From Paraspadella gotoi (taxonomy: Eukaryota > Animalia > Chaetognatha): a DNA stretch of 64,000 bases. The position numbers and the translations under genes were made by a program. Below, in pieces: positions 40,201-55,144 of this stretch. A model generated the notes under the pieces. The model worked only from the letters and a program-made list of their open reading frames with translations. It made no database searches and was not told where the DNA came from. Location: positions 5,785,074-5,849,073 of the forward strand of contig JBJCIZ010000239.1 of NCBI GenBank assembly GCA_051294375.1, in the 5' to 3' direction. Numbering within the stretch: the first letter of the stretch is position 1; each line of letters opens with the position of its first letter.

Positions 40201-41283
40201 NNNNNNNNNNNNNNNNNNNNNNNNNNNNNNNNNNNNNNNNNNNNNNNNNNNNNNNNNNNNNNNNNNNNNNNNNNNNNNNNNNNNNNNNNNNNNNNNNNNN
40301 NNNNNNNNNNNNNNNNNNNNNNNNNNNNNNNNNNNNNNNNNNNNNNNNNNNNNNNNNNNNNNNNNNNNNNNNNNNNNNNNNNNNNNNNNNNNNNNNNNNN
40401 NNNNNNNNNNNNNNNNNNNNNNNNNNNNNNNNNNNNNNNNNNNNNNNNNNNNNNNNNNNNNNNNNNNNNNNNNNNNNNNNNNNNNNNNNNNNNNNNNNNN
40501 NNNNNNNNNNNNNNNNNNNNNNNNNNNNNNNNNNNNNNNNNNNNNNNNNNNNNNNNNNNNNNNNNNGACTGACTGATGACCTGAATTAATGAATAACTCA
40601 CTGGCTGACCAACTGATTGACTGATTAAATGAATGAATGAATGATAGATTGACTTGCAAACAAACTAAGTGAATGTCTGAATGAAAACTGACTGATTGAT
40701 TGAATGACTGAATGTTTGACTGATTGACGAACTAACTTACTGAATGAATGACTGACCGTTGTATGAAAAACTGACTGATTGATTGGATGAATGAATGACT
40801 GACTGACCGACCAACTAACTGACTGACTGACTGACGGCAGCTGCTCAGACTGACCCATCTCCAGCAGCTGCAGGGCTCCGTCGGCGATGGCGTAGAGGTG
40901 AGGCGGCGCCTCGTTGCGTCTTTTTCCCCGGTAGAAGGCGCGCATGATCGGAGTGTAAACGTTGAGCCACTTGTAGCTGGAAAATTGTAATTATAATACT
41001 ACATATTAGACTATTTGTAATATTAATACTACAATAATAATACATTAAACTGAGGTTATATTTTTGTTAGGATTAGTGGATTAGTTAAAATTGGAGATTG
41101 TGAGTGAAACAGAGAGACAGACAGAGAGAGAGGGAGAGAGAAAGAGAGAGAGAGAGGTGAAGGGATAGAAATGAGAAAGGACAGAAGAGAGAGAGGGCAG
41201 AGAGCATTAACAGAGAGAGAGAGAGATACAAGAAAACAGAAAAAGACAAAAAAGAGAGGTAACAGACAGAGAGACAAACATGT

Positions 41284-41345
<62 letters not shown>

Positions 41346-41383
41346 TAAGAATCATCCTAACAAATATAGATTTTATATAAATG

Positions 41384-41440
<57 letters not shown>

Positions 41441-43093
41441 CTCAAACCCCGGCCACCATCCACCCCAACCATCCCCCCCTTTCCCCCAGCTCACGGATTG
41501 ATGCAGATGCAGAAAAGTCCCGAGTAAGTGTAGATCTGCAGGACGTGATATCTGGATCTGAGGTTGTGCAGGACGCATGCGCGGTTGAGGATCGAGAGAT
41601 TGGACATGTCCTCTTCCTTCTCGAACTTGGGCGGGTTGCATTCCAGCAGCTCCGACGAGGAGATGGTCAGGGTTTTCTGAATGAAGAGGTAATTCAAATT
41701 TCTTATTTTAAATACTATCATACATACGAAATGAATAAAGGATAAATTGTAAAGAAAGAAAGTCAGAAAGACATTCCTAACGTTTTATTATTATAAAAAT
41801 ACGGATAATCTAAAATAGTAGAAAAGGAATTTTGAAATTTGCATGGTATTACTCAATGAGTTTATTACAATTGCGATGTTCATTGTAGTCGGCAAAAACC
41901 TTTGCGACTTTAACAATCCCCATTCACATTCGATATGTACATTAGGGTGGAGTGATGAAAAGATTGAGCGATGATACAATGTATCTTTGCTGCCTTTATA
42001 TATGTAATAAAAAATAATTAAGCCATTTTTCAAAAAAAAATTGCATAACAGTATCATTAATTGAATTTTCTTTATAGTAATATCCTTATAAATTTATAAA
42101 TCATATTTTTTTAATTTTAAGAACAGTTTTGGATTCGCTAAAAAAACTGAAAAACTTTTGTAAAATATGTTACATGATATTTTTAGGTTAAAGCTGAAAA
42201 AAATAACCAAAACGTTTAATCATATAATAGATTCTACTATAAGTATAAAGCGTGAAAAAGTAGAGAACTTGACCTTTCCGTCGATTTCCACAGTGACTTT
42301 GTCTCCCTCCGTCTTCGTGATTTTGCATTTGGCAAAAACTTGTTCCGGGTCAGGAATCCACCGCTCAGTCTGGAAGGAAAAGGGTAAGTTTAAAGGGTAA
42401 GTTTAAAGGGCAAATGACAAAAGGATAGTATTGCAGGAGAAAGAAAAAACCAAAAGCGTGACTTGATAAAATGTAGCCAATCATAAGGTTTTAGTATCTT
42501 TTTATAATCGGTTTCGATCAAAAAAAAAAGGGAAATACTATGGAAATTAGAAGTTAAAGTCTTGGAGGAAGAAAAATCTAATTTGCATATTGCAGTATTT
42601 AGCTTTAATAGAAAGCATTGTAACATCAAAAGGGTTCGCGGAAATCATTAAAGGTTCGAGGATATTATCAATGAACTACATTTGATAAAAATGTCTCAAA
42701 TACGTTGATCTACGTTAACTAAAAATTATCTTATAAATAATCATAAATCATAAAAACAAATTAGAACCATAGCAACTATTTCAAAAACGATTTCTTCCCA
42801 ATCCTGTGACATGCGAGCGATGTTTACGACCGTCCTCACGGACAATTCCAAATTTATGAAAAGCTTTCCTCCGGGAGAGCAGAGTGTAAAAATTGTAATG
42901 TATATAACCAAGCTTGGCAATTGCATTAACTTCACCAACGACGAATAAAGCAACTTGTTAAGCAAAACTAATTTATAAATGCTCCACCGACCTTTGAGTC
43001 AAATGGAGCGGATCGCTCCACTCCCAACTGATCCGAGGGCAACTGGAGCCAAATCCAATCGGGATGGCGCGGGGAAAGACGTTCCTGTGCCAT
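25905..43093 (-). CDS. Myosin II heavy chain, striated-muscle type, motor domain only (partial, gapped)
   Basis: Exons: 43093-42992 (MAQE...PFDSK); 42369-42274; 41676-41495 ([14 protein letters not shown]...[14 protein letters not shown]); 40976-40855 (PPHLYAIAD); P-loop exon mostly in a gap; 39744-39622 ([17 protein letters not shown]); 38588-38326 (GKFIRIHFG...ERNYHVFYQ); 28902-28738 ([16 protein letters not shown]); 28506-28265; 27666-27567; 26975-26885; 26605-26455 ([15 protein letters not shown]); noisy converter exon from 26052. The generic family name is given because orthology is unclear. Confidence 0.95.
30168..33235 (+). repeat. Inverted, error-rich copy of a myosin exon-intron-exon segment (copy A)
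   Basis: Begins with the reverse complement of ~38620-36273 (FIRIHF...DIETYLLE with indels) and continues into the noisy ATDEALDVLGF exon at ~32700-32820. Confidence 0.88.
33632..36247 (+). repeat. Duplicate of 30168-32783 (copy B)
   Basis: Offset 3464 bp. The ORF track shows identical ORFs (30475/33939, 31108/34572, 32424/35888) with the same indels. Confidence 0.92.
37993..38247 (+). mobile_element. Solo LTR (~255 bp), Gypsy-like 4-bp TSD
   Basis: caac|TATTGCAACAGCCGGGTTGCC...AATATACCGCCACA|caac. It ends in CA, and the 5' end resembles a decayed inverted copy (TGTGGCG) of the 3' end. Lies in a myosin intron. Confidence 0.65.
38592..39341 (+). repeat. Polypurine (GGAAG/GGAG) low-complexity intron tract
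   Basis: About 750 bp that is almost entirely G/A; counterpart at ~52397-53136. Confidence 0.9.
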
Positions 43094-44342
43094 GGCGGCT
43101 GCGGGCGGCGGCTGAGGCGGCTGAGGTTGCGGCGGACGGGTTGGCGACGATCCGAAGATGAAAGTTGGGGCCGTTTACTCTCTAGAATTAGAACCAAGTA
43201 AATATATATATGTACATATAAATGTAAAGAGATTCTGATTTGAATTAAATTCAATAATAATTAATGATATTTCGTAACAAAATGATAATTCGTATTTTCT
43301 TTTTTCTTTAGCAGCGTTGTTTAAATAAATAATTTGCCTATAATCAAAGAAATAACTCCAATGTCTGAAATGAATTTTATAGAAAAAACCTTAATTTTAG
43401 AGACGAAAAAAAAGACTTCATCACCTGGTGAAGAAGTGACGAGTGAATCTCACGGATTCGGTTTCCTGTCGTCAAATCGAAGACGTGGAGGAGGAGGAAG
43501 AGGAGGAGGGGCAAAAACAAAGACGAACCAAAGCGAAAAGTCTCCCACTTCTTCGTACTAATAATAATAACATTAAAAAAACAGCCCGTCTTTTCTTTGA
43601 GTAAAATGATTCGTAATCGTTTTTCGTGTTTTCTAAAAAACATTCCGCCACATTGGAAGAAAGCAACCGAAGACAAATCGATTGAATTCAAAATATGAGG
43701 TTCAACAAACTTAATTATTCGGCTCTCTTCTCTGAAAGCGCCCCTTTTTTTATGATTTTCTAAATTTAACGAAAAAAACGAAAGATTTTATTACGATTTT
43801 TGAATTAATTTTAACTTTAATATTTAACCTAAGCTGTTACAGATCTTATAACCCTATCTCTAACCATAATTACTAACCTAATTCTAACTCTAATCCCTTA
43901 CCTTAATACATAATAAGTATTATTTATTCTTATCCCTAAAATTAACTTAATCCCCGAACATTAATTCTTAAAAAAAATTCTAACCTTAACACTAATGTAT
44001 AAACCTTTAGCTAAATCTTTAATATCATAAAATTTAAGTATGAATTTAAGATAAAATGGGGTAATTTTGTAAAAAAAGGATAATTAATTATATTAATTAT
44101 AGCTATAAGTTGACTTGCAATTCGGCAGATAATTAGTTCAATTCTGGTCAGGCAGTTGGCCCGGTTTGAAAAAAAGATTAAATAAGTTTTGATCGCTAAA
44201 AAGAAATGTATTATTTTATGATTTTTATCAGCGGATAAACGTCATTGGATTCGCCTTTATTTAAAGTAATTCGCCGTAATTATCACGGTCATCGTCGTCA
44301 TAGTATTTGAATAAGTTTTCGGTCGTCGTCGTGTCGTCGTCG

Positions 44343-44408
<66 letters not shown>

Positions 44409-45113
44409 TCTCTGTCGTTTTTCATCTGAACGAATTTCATTTCGATTTCAAAACAAATCGAAATCAAATTTTTAAGAAAATAACAAATAATATTTCTTCT
44501 CTTTCGCTTCCTCGTTCTCCCGTNNNNNNNNNNNNNNNNNNNNNNNNNTAGAGCCATATAAGAAATATTTTGTCCATTGAAAGTATACAGCAAAAATGTA
44601 TAAATTTTCGTCTGAGCCTGAACTCACTCTCAACTTTTGACTCACCCCATTGAGTGGGGCTACTCCTAGCAAAAGTCACAATGTGGGTTGTTGTGATTGG
44701 AGAATCATCTTGTATGCGAGAATTAAGGAGGATAGGGGTTTCGTAGATGGGCGTCGTAATCTTGAACAACTAAAGAACAATTAAAGAACAAGAACGGTCA
44801 TTCCTATCCCGAGTTGCTCCGTGTATGTTCCACACGAGCTAAAACGGCATTTCATTTATTCGATTATACGATTTTTTTAATAACAAAAGGTAGCGCTATA
44901 GCACTAGTTGTCACTAAGATTTGACTGAGCAAAAATAANNNNNNNNNNTCTCCCCAGAAAAAAAAATTATACGAGGGAGAATACGAGAGAATGAAAAATA
45001 TCCCGCGAAAATTAAAGATTAAAGATTAAAGATTAAGGATCGTTCGTGGGTGGGAGTGGAAGAAACAGTGGGCATAGCCATAGCCGAGCAAATTTGAATG
45101 CTAATGTATACAG

Positions 45114-45147
45114 TATGGCAACAGCCGGGTTGCCTGTGATGCCCATT
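45114..45147 (+). mobile_element. 5' end of the same LTR family at a second locus, cut by a gap
   Basis: acag|TATGGCAACAGCCGGGTTGCCTGTGATGCCCATT matches 37993 onward. Confidence 0.6.
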
Positions 45148-45312
45148 NNNNNNNNNNNNNNNNNNNNNNNNNTCTTCTTTCTTTTCTTCTCTTTCTTTTC
45201 TGTTTTCCATTTCCTTTCTTTATTTACTATTTCTCCTACTCTCCTCCCTCTCCGTCTCTCTCTCTCTCTCTTCTCTCTTTATCCATCTCTTCCATCTTAA
45301 AGAAACCCCTTA

Positions 45313-47142
45313 CCTGACCGAGAAGTCAGAGTATGCCACCTAGTTGTGGAGCCGATGGCGCCACGCTAAACATCAGATCGCCCGCTGGCAGATCTGATAC
45401 CTTTCCAAGACATCGCGCTGTCGTAGCAGGTGAGTCTGTGTCTCGGATCGCCCTATAGCGGGCGCGTCCGCTGAATCCAGCACTTTTCATTTCGTTGGGA
45501 TGATGCATCCTGAGTTGAAAGAACGAGTTAGATGGAAAGAAATCAATCAATCAATCCAATCAATTCCTCCATTAATCAAAAGACCATACAATCATGAAAG
45601 GAAAATTCCAAAATGAACAATGAACAATATATATTAAATATAAATTGGTCCTTACCAATTCATAAGAATTTGTAATAAATATTTTAATTCAGACATTCAA
45701 CAATCCGACCGATAGTACCAAATAAGTAAATATATTGTCAATCACTCTATCTATCAATCACATCAATCAATCAATCCAATCTCAGCACCTCCACAAATGA
45801 GGATGAGTCGAATGCAGATGCCATGAGTTTGAGAGAGGATTCCCTGTGTCCGCGGAAATCGGTCATGCAGAGCGGAAAACCTTGGCATTGAGAGAAAATG
45901 AAATCAGGAGGAAAAGGGAAAGAATGAGGGCCTTTCTTTTCCGAGAGTGTCCTTATCCCTTTACGATATATTTATCCTCCCAATATAATTATGCATATTT
46001 AACCTAAATGTCTTTGAAAAATAAGAACCAATTCTAACTCTATTCACTAAACCAGATCGACTAACTAATTTCTTAGCTCTTACCACTAATTTTTGTACCA
46101 TAACCTCTAACCCTAATTATAAACCAAATCCCGAACCCTTATCCCTAACCTAACCTTTAACTTAATTTTTTTTAAGCTAAAAAAAAAACTAATTCAAATA
46201 TAGACAAAACGGTCGTTCTGGGGAAATAGGCCAAACTTTTTTTTCCCAGGCTTTATTTCTCCCTCTTATCCCACCTTCTCTCCTCCCCTTCTTCCCTTCC
46301 ACCCTCTTTTCCTACCCTTCTTCTCCTCCCTCCCTTCCTTCCCTTTTCGTTCCCAACTTCTCCCTTCCTACCCTTTCTTTCTCCACTCCCTTCTTGCTCC
46401 ACTCTCCCTCCCTTCCCTTCTCTTCTCCTCCTCCCCCAATTCCTCCCTTCCTCCCCCCACTTCTCCCTACCTACCCTTCTTCTTCTCTCCTCCGCTTTGT
46501 CCTGAACTTGTCTGACGACAACGTTGCGTCGCTTCTTGCATCGTATGTCACCCCACCGGCGTCGTTGACGGATCCCTGGAAAGGGAGGGTAGCGGTGTGA
46601 TTTTATGGCGGCGTGGAAGACCAATTTGTAAAAATCGTTTCGAAGTAATTAATAAAAAACAATGGGTTAAAAAATATAAGTAAATAGTCAAAAAATAATT
46701 ATCCGACAAGAAGGATTAAAAGCTACTTAATCCCATTTAAACTTAATTTTACCCTAAATATTTAACCCCTTATCTGCTAACGAACCTGTACCACAATAAC
46801 TATCTTCTACCCCAACCCTAATCCTAACTAATCCGTTAAACGTTTATTCCATACTAACCAAACTCCTAACCATTTAGCTTAAACTAAACCTTAACCCTAA
46901 ACCCTAGCCCCAAAACCCAAACCCCCTAACCCCAAACCCAACCCCTATTCTAATCCATAACAATGTCTTATAATATCTAACCGTAATATTAAGCCTAATA
47001 TTTTAGACCTCTCTCTCTCTCTCTCCTCTCCTCTCTCTCTCTCTCATAATTTATTGATAGCATTACAAATCAAATAAATATCTCTCTATCTCTCTCTCTT
47101 CGTTTCTCTTTCTCTCTCTCCTCTCTCTTCTCTCCCTTCTCT

Positions 47143-47193
<51 letters not shown>

Positions 47194-48969
47194 CTTCTCT
47201 CTCCCCTCTCCTCTCTCTCTCTTTCTCACACCCTCACCTTGGTTTTAACAGCCAGCCCGGTCACGTTGTACCCAACGACCCCGGCCGTAAAGTGCTGAGC
47301 CTCGAAGTGCGCCTCCGGCTGACCCTTCTTAGCCGGCTTGGGCTTGGAGAAACTTCTCGTTGCTTGCCCAGGTGCTTGCCCGAGGAGCTTCTCCAGAAGG
47401 GCTGCAGTGCCTTGGGAACGATGCACTCTTCCTCCAGGATGGCGGAGGATGGCCCCATCTTCTTCTCAATTTAGCTCGTGGTGGCCTGCATTGGATTGGG
47501 TTGTTTGTTATCGTTTTCGCAGTTTTTAGGTTTAGGTTTCGAGTTTGTTTTTATTTCGCTTATGTTTTTTTTTGTTTGGAATTTTTGTGAGAATTGTGAA
47601 GCGACGATACTTGTGCGGTAGAAAATGGGGATATGAAAGCCCAAAATAAATAAATCCAATCAATTACTCATCAGGCGATCAATCAGTCAATAAACCCAAC
47701 CAAAAATCAATCAATCAAATCAATAAATCACCCGCCCAAGTCCATCCCGAAGTCGATAATTCCATTTGATTCCCTCTTGCTGTACTCCTCTTGCTCCTGG
47801 CACGAACATTGATGCTTGAAGAACTGCTTGGAGTCCCGTTGCGTCTGTAGTTATGCAGAAGGACAGTTGCTCCCAGACGTTGAGCTCGAAGATCCCTTCG
47901 AAACCTTCGAAGGGCGACCGTTTTTTATTTTGGGATGTGGTCTTAGCGAAGACTAGCGGAAGCTCCAAGCCCTTATAGTGTTTTTTAATAAAGATCATAC
48001 AAATTTGAAAACAAAAAAGAATTGAAGACATTTTAAATATACGATTTACTATATAATATTCTTTTTTTTTATTGTAATTTTGGTTTTTCCATTGATTTTG
48101 ATGAGCTTCCCAAAAAAGGTTATTGTTTAGAAACTTTGTTTGGCGAGTAATCCCTTCCGCCCCGTGAATATCTTTCTTTCTCCTTTTTCTGTACGATCGA
48201 CAGATTATATCCCTACTTCACAGAACGGGCTTATTTATCAGGGTTCTTAACATCTCAAGATGCGACTCCCCAAAACATCTTTTCTTAATTGGTTTTCTTG
48301 GAAGCGGGGTTTGTATACCCCATACAAATATAACTTCATTTTTACATTGTTCTTATACGTTTTGATAGGACTTTTTAACGTCGCTTACACTAACTCTTAC
48401 TTTTACTCTTACTAAGGCATAAGGAAAAACATATATTCTCTCGATGATTTATATTTATAATCGATTTTTTTCTCCCCTTTTCGTGAATCCGGCGTTTTAT
48501 CCCCTTCAGGAATCCCTAAACGGGTGATAGTCGACACTTTTAAAAACATACTGCAATATGTAAATGAATATTAAGGGATTTAGCAAAGAAGAAATGCACT
48601 TTTTCCCCCAAATTCTGCACCTGCGATGTCCCAAGACTCCCGATGAAATGGTCGGGCGGGTGGGCGTGTCCAGGGAAGCGTTGACCAGGCCCACTATCCA
48701 GTCGAACAGTGCGCGCGTACGAGAGACTTTACAGGTGGCGGAGATGGCAAACGCCACCTGCATGAAACCCACCCATTGAAAATAAGATACGATCTGCAAT
48801 AACTGATTACTATAAATGATGGCTTACAACGAGAGAGAAGAAGTCAAAAATTAGAGTCTTTTTATGCCTGTTGTATACATTACTTTGTATTTTAATTACG
48901 TTTATACGTTTTTATTATTTAATAAAAAAATAAATGTGTACCGAAGAGTTGACCCTCCTACCCCTTTTT

Positions 48970-49009
<40 letters not shown>

Positions 49010-52000
49010 CAATCCCCAATAATATCAATCAATCAATCAATCAATCAAATAAAATCAATCAATCAATCAATCTAACAATCCAATGTGGATTCGATTCCCT
49101 CATACAATTCGCCACAGAAATCAATTCAAATTAATCGAATAATCGAATCCATCAGCAATCAAATCAATAATTTATAGATTCCGACCCGACCGAACGAACG
49201 AACCGAACCGACCCGACGACCGACGACCGACCGACCGACCGACCCCGGAACCGACCGATCCTGATCGACCGAACCGAACCGAACCGACTCCGACCCGACG
49301 ACCGGACCGACCGACGACCGACCGACCGACCCGACCGACCGACCGACCCGACCGACGAACCGACCGACCCGACCGACCTACGACCGACCGACGATCGACC
49401 GACCGACGACCTCCGAACCGACCGACCGACCGACCTGATCCTTGTTCTGTCCTTCTTGGACAAAGTCCTTCCCGACTTTCAGTCTTCGCTTCATGAAGGT
49501 GTCGACGAAGTAGTCCGACGTCGACCCGAGGAGATTCGCCGCTTTCGTCAACTCAGGCCGTTCCCGTCCGCGCTCAGCGCTGCCTCCTCGCGGCCCCTGA
49601 GGTTTTCAACGATCGGTTAAATCAATTTAATGAATCAATAAATAATCAAATAATTAAGTCAAATTAATAAATTAAGAATTAAGTCAAATCAATAAACGAC
49701 GAATTACTTAAATCGATCGCATTCAACGAATCACTCAAATCAATAAATCAATCAGTGAATAACTGCATGAATAAATCAATAAAATCTGGTCGCAATATTC
49801 AAAAAAAAAATCAATAAGTCAATGCAATCATTCAATGTAATCAGTCAATGCAACATTCAAAACGTTAATCCCATCAATGCAATCCAGTCAATGCCAACAT
49901 ATCAGTGCATCAATCAATCAATTGCAATCAAGCAATCAATTGCAAAAACCAATGCCAATCAGTTCAATGCAACAACCGCAACCACAACCAGCAATCAAGC
50001 AATCAATGCAAACGATCATGCAACAATCAGTGAAATCAATGCAGTCAATCAATGCAATCAAACAAATCAAGCAATCCATCTCGTCCACCTTCTGTTCCAC
50101 TTGGCGTCCAGAAAGCAAGGGGAGAGCGGTTTCCCTTGAGAGCCGCCTTCCTTGTCTTACGGTGTGAATCCCAAAACGTCGAGGGCCTCGTCGTCGCCTG
50201 CGACGTTTTAAAGAATCCTTCATTAGTGGGGGCGAAAATGATTAAATTTTTAGAAAATTTAAAATTTAGCGTATAAATATGAGAATAAAAACAATATAAA
50301 ATATTGGTAATTTATTTTTTTAATTTTTTACATTGTGGGTAAGTGCGGCTATTTATATATGGTAAAAGTATATTTATAAGCTGAAAATTTTTTAAAAATG
50401 CAATTTTTTAAATTTTTAAGATCGGGATTTGGATTTTCCTTGCAAAAAATTAATATGTGAACAGTATAATTCTTTTTTAAAAATTCTTTCATTAAGTTGG
50501 TTAAAAAATGTAAAAAATTGTCATTCAAGATGCCGATTTCAATTTTGAGCTTAAAAATAAGTTTTTTATAATTTTAACCTACTTAATGACATAATTTTTT
50601 GAAAAAAGATTTATTTTTCTTTTTAACAAGGAATCTGAATCTGTTCTCAGAATTTACAAAAAAAATTTTTAATTTTTGAAAATTTGCTACTATATTTGTA
50701 AAAAAGCAAAAATAATTAAAGATTGTATTCACTAATATGATAGTTTTCATATATATTTGCCTAATTTTGATTTCAACCTTTCACTTCACCCTATTGTTCA
50801 CTATGACAAATTTTTAAGTCATTTTAACAAGAACGGAAATTCTGATGTGTTGCGCCCGATGCGCTTCGTATCGCGCGTCTTTCCTGGGTTTTCACCGTAA
50901 CAGAGTTAATATACGAGGAAGCTATAACAGCTAAATAACAAAATATTATTACGAAATTGCCCGCATTTTACTTGTGATCAAGTGATTGTATATTCTGCGT
51001 GGTCACGTACTAGACAGGTAAGGATGTAAAAAAAACTACATTACATTTACCAGTTATAACTAAAATTATTTTATTTATGAATTAATGCCAAATTAAATTT
51101 TTTTGGTAAGAAATACATCGTTAGCAAGCATATTAGTAAGCACATTTAAAAAGTATTGTCAGTATAAAAGAGAGATAGACCGACGCGGTCTATTACTCCC
51201 TCTCCTTCTCATTCACCTCCTCCTGTCAAATCTTCATTCCTCCTCCAGGGTCGGGCCGCCTTTCTCTATCTTCTCCTACTTAGTTTTCTCCCCTCCCTTT
51301 CCAACCAAAATAAGGCACTAAATAGATGCACGTTTACCAAAGTTATAAAGCAGTGTAAAACCTAAGTGGAACAAGATTAACAGACCAACAGACAGACCGA
51401 CAACCAAAAAGTGGTCTTATCCAGTTGCTCGCGAGTACTCGCGGCGCTACTAATAATTACACGGGTTATATGCCAACCCATGCGAATATAAAAATGCTTA
51501 CATCTATCGAATTATAACATAATTGGAATCAAATATATTACAATAATTAATGAGCATATATTCTCCCTCTAATATTTTTTAGAGAGACACGCAGAACAGG
51601 AGGTCCCGTAAAAACATAGATCGGTTCATCCAATGTGTGCCCCGCAGTGACCTTTCTTAACCCGTATGAAACGCCACTGCATCGGAATTCCGTCTTTTAT
51701 TCTTTATAGTTTTTATAGATTTCCTGAAGGGCCCGTCGCCAGATTTGAGGGTTTATTCTTGTTTCTCAACAATAGAGCAACTATTGCAACAGCCGGGTGC
51801 TGTGGTGCCATTGGAATGGGGCATCTCACTGTTGGGCTTTGGGGGTTTCCGACCCTAAGTGGACGCCTCCAGTCACTGGCGCGGTTAACCCTCGGACGTC
51901 TCGCTTTGCCAACGCAGAGGGAAGTCTGTTAGGGACTGTGGATGGAACACTACGCCTTGGATGGTGTGTTCCCCCTCTGAGTTCAATGATTTGGCTGTAG

Positions 52001-54999
52001 GACGTGTTGGACATGAGCGGTTGTGAATATACCGCCACACAACCAACTATATAAACGTAAATTGACAGACTGACGGAACGGACATACCGACCGGCGACCC
52101 GAACTAAAAAAAAAAAGCCACCTTCATCTCCTCGGCGTCTCGTTCCATTCCCTTGCCGGTCAAAACCCCTTGGGACACGAAGTAAAAAATCTTCCGGGAA
52201 TCCGGGTTCGAACCAGAAGGAATCGCTCGTGATAATCGGAAAATCGAGGACTCAGATCTGATAGGAAGGACGTGGTAGTTTCTCTCGATCGCCATGCTGG
52301 AAGGTGATGCGGATTTCTCCAGCAGGTAAGTCTCGATGTCGGCGGCGGCGATCTTGTTGGTCGGGCCGAAGGTGGATGCGGATGAACTTACCCTTTTGGA
52401 GGGGGGAAGGTAGGGAAGGGAGGGAGGTAGGGAAGGAGGAAATGTGAGGGGAAGGGAGGGGAAGAGAGGGAGGGGGGAAGGGAGGGAATGGATGGGTAAG
52501 GAGAGGGAAGGGGGAGCATGCCAGGGCCAATCAGATCCCAGGGTTAAGGGAGGGCGAGAGATAGGGGACTGGCGGAGGGGGAATGGAGGGAAGGAGGGGA
52601 AGTGGGGGGCAAGGTAGGAGCTGCGGTAAGAGAGTCACGGGAAGACAGGAAGGGAGGGGAAAAGGGAAGGGCACGGTGGAAGGAGGAATGGGGAATGGAG
52701 GGGAAAGGAAGGGAAATGGAGGGGAAAGGAGGGAAGGGGGGGAATTAAGGGAGGGAGATGGGGAAGGGAGGGATTGGGAGGGAAGTGAGGGGAAGTGAGG
52801 GAATGGGGAGGAAGGATTGGGAGGGAAGGAGGGGAAGGAGAGGAAAGGAGAAGCAAGGGGAGGGAAGGGAGGGGAAGGAGGGAAATGGAGGAAGCCGGGA
52901 GGGGAAAGGAGGGGAAGAGAGGGGAAGGGAGGAAGGGGGAAGGGAGGAAGTGGAGGAGAGGAAGAAGGGAGGGGAGGAGAATGGGGGAAGGATAAGGGTG
53001 GGAATGGGAGAGAAGGAGGAAGAGAGAGGGAAGGTAAGGAAGAGGGAGGCAAGGGAGGAAAGGGAAGGAGGGGCGATGGAGTGGAGAGGAGGGAAAGGAG
53101 GGAGAGGAGGGGAATGGGAAGGCAGGGAAGGGAGGGTTGGCGCAAACTACAACAAGTATTAAACGCTCCCTCGACAACAATCACAGTACATTAACGAGAA
53201 CAACCAAAAAACAAAATCAACAACACAACAACAAAAAGACAAGACAAAACATTCAACACACTTCAACTTTAAATTAACCACAACAACGCACCACAAACGC
53301 AACCCAGAACCACACAACAACAACAAACAGGACGACCACAACAACCCAAATCAACAAAAGAAAATCTATAAAAATCACGTCACTCAACAACCAGGGTCAA
53401 CAATTCAGGCAGACATGGCTCACGAATCTGCTGGGTTTTGTCCTGACGGTCTTCGCGTTGCCGTAGGCCTTCCAAGGGAGGCATTTGCCCTGGACCGATC
53501 TGCCTCCTCTTCAGATGATCCACCGCAGCCTGCCGAAGCTTTGGACTTGACCGCCTGAATGAGGGATTGGATTAGATTGAATTGAATAGATTGACTGTAT
53601 CCAGCGTTTCTGCGATTGGGTTGGCAGTTCGATGGTTGAGTTAAGTTAGTTGATTTATTGCTTGTATTTCGGATTGCCGATTGGCATTGATATTGTCATT
53701 CAAGGATTTGATTAGTTATGTCATTTGATGATGATACATTATTTTTCGAAATATTTTTTATCTTTTGATATGTGATATATTTGACTAACTATCCTGGTTG
53801 ATTCGTTGATTAAAGTTTTTGTTGTATTTTTTTTTCATTGAATATATAGATTAATTCATTCATGAACTTATAACTTTAATAAATTGATTGAATGATTGTC
53901 TCACTTTGGGATCCGGCGCAGTTTAGCGCTTAGTTACTGCAGCACTTCTTCGTGTTTTCTCGGTCTTTCCAGCGCCTGATTCGCCGGGTTATTGAGGGAA
54001 GACTGTTCTTGTGTCTCTGTTTGATTGGATATAGGGATGGACGGAATGGACGAATAAATATTAAGCGAAAAGCGATCGACTGACTGACTGACTCACTGAC
54101 TGAAGAAAATGCCTGACTGACTTTACTTCTTCTCGCTGACGATTGATGGGTCGGGATGGGGCCGGGGGGCGGCCTGAGAACCCAAAATTCCCGACTAGCA
54201 ATCTTTTTTCCCCCCCCCCCCCCCCCGTACTCGCCAGACTTGAATGGATACTGAACCTGATTAAGATGAAATAAACTCACTGGCTGACAACTGATTGACT
54301 GATTAAATGAGATTGATGAGATGATAGATTGACTTGCAAAACAACTAAGTGACAGTCTGAATTGAAAAACTGACTGATTTGATTGAATGACTTGAATGTT
54401 TTGACTGATTGACGGAACTAACTTAACTAATGAACAGGACTTGACCGTTGTATGAAAAATCTGAGCTGATTGATTGGGATGACATGAATGACTGACTGAC
54501 ACGACCAATAACTGACTTGACTGACTGACGGCCAGCTGCTCAGACTGACCCATTCTCCAGCAGCTGCAAGGTCTCCGTCGGCGCATGGCTTAAGAGGGAG
54601 GCGGCGCCTCGTCTGCGTCTTTTTCCCCGCGATAGAAGGCGGCGCAATGATACGCGATCAGTTGCTAAAACGTTGAGCGCCCACTTGTAGCTGGAAAAAT
54701 GTAATTATAATACTACATATTAGACTATTTGTAATATTAATACTACAATAAATACATTAAACTGAGGTTAATATTTTTGTAGATAGTGGATTAGTTTTTA
54801 AATGGAGATTGTGAGTGAAACAGAGAGACAGACAGAGAGAGAGGGAGAGAGAAAGAGAGAGAGAGAGGTGAAAGGGATAGAAAGAGAAAGAAGGACAGAG
54901 AGAGAGAGAGGCAGAGAGGATTAACAGAGGAGAGAGAGAATACAAAGAAAACAGAGAATAAAGACAAAAAAAGAGGTTAAACGCAGAGAGACTAACAGT

Positions 55000-55070
<71 letters not shown>

Positions 55071-55113
55071 TAAGAATCATCCTAACAAATATAGATTTTA
55101 ATAAATGGATAGA

Positions 55114-55144
<31 letters not shown>

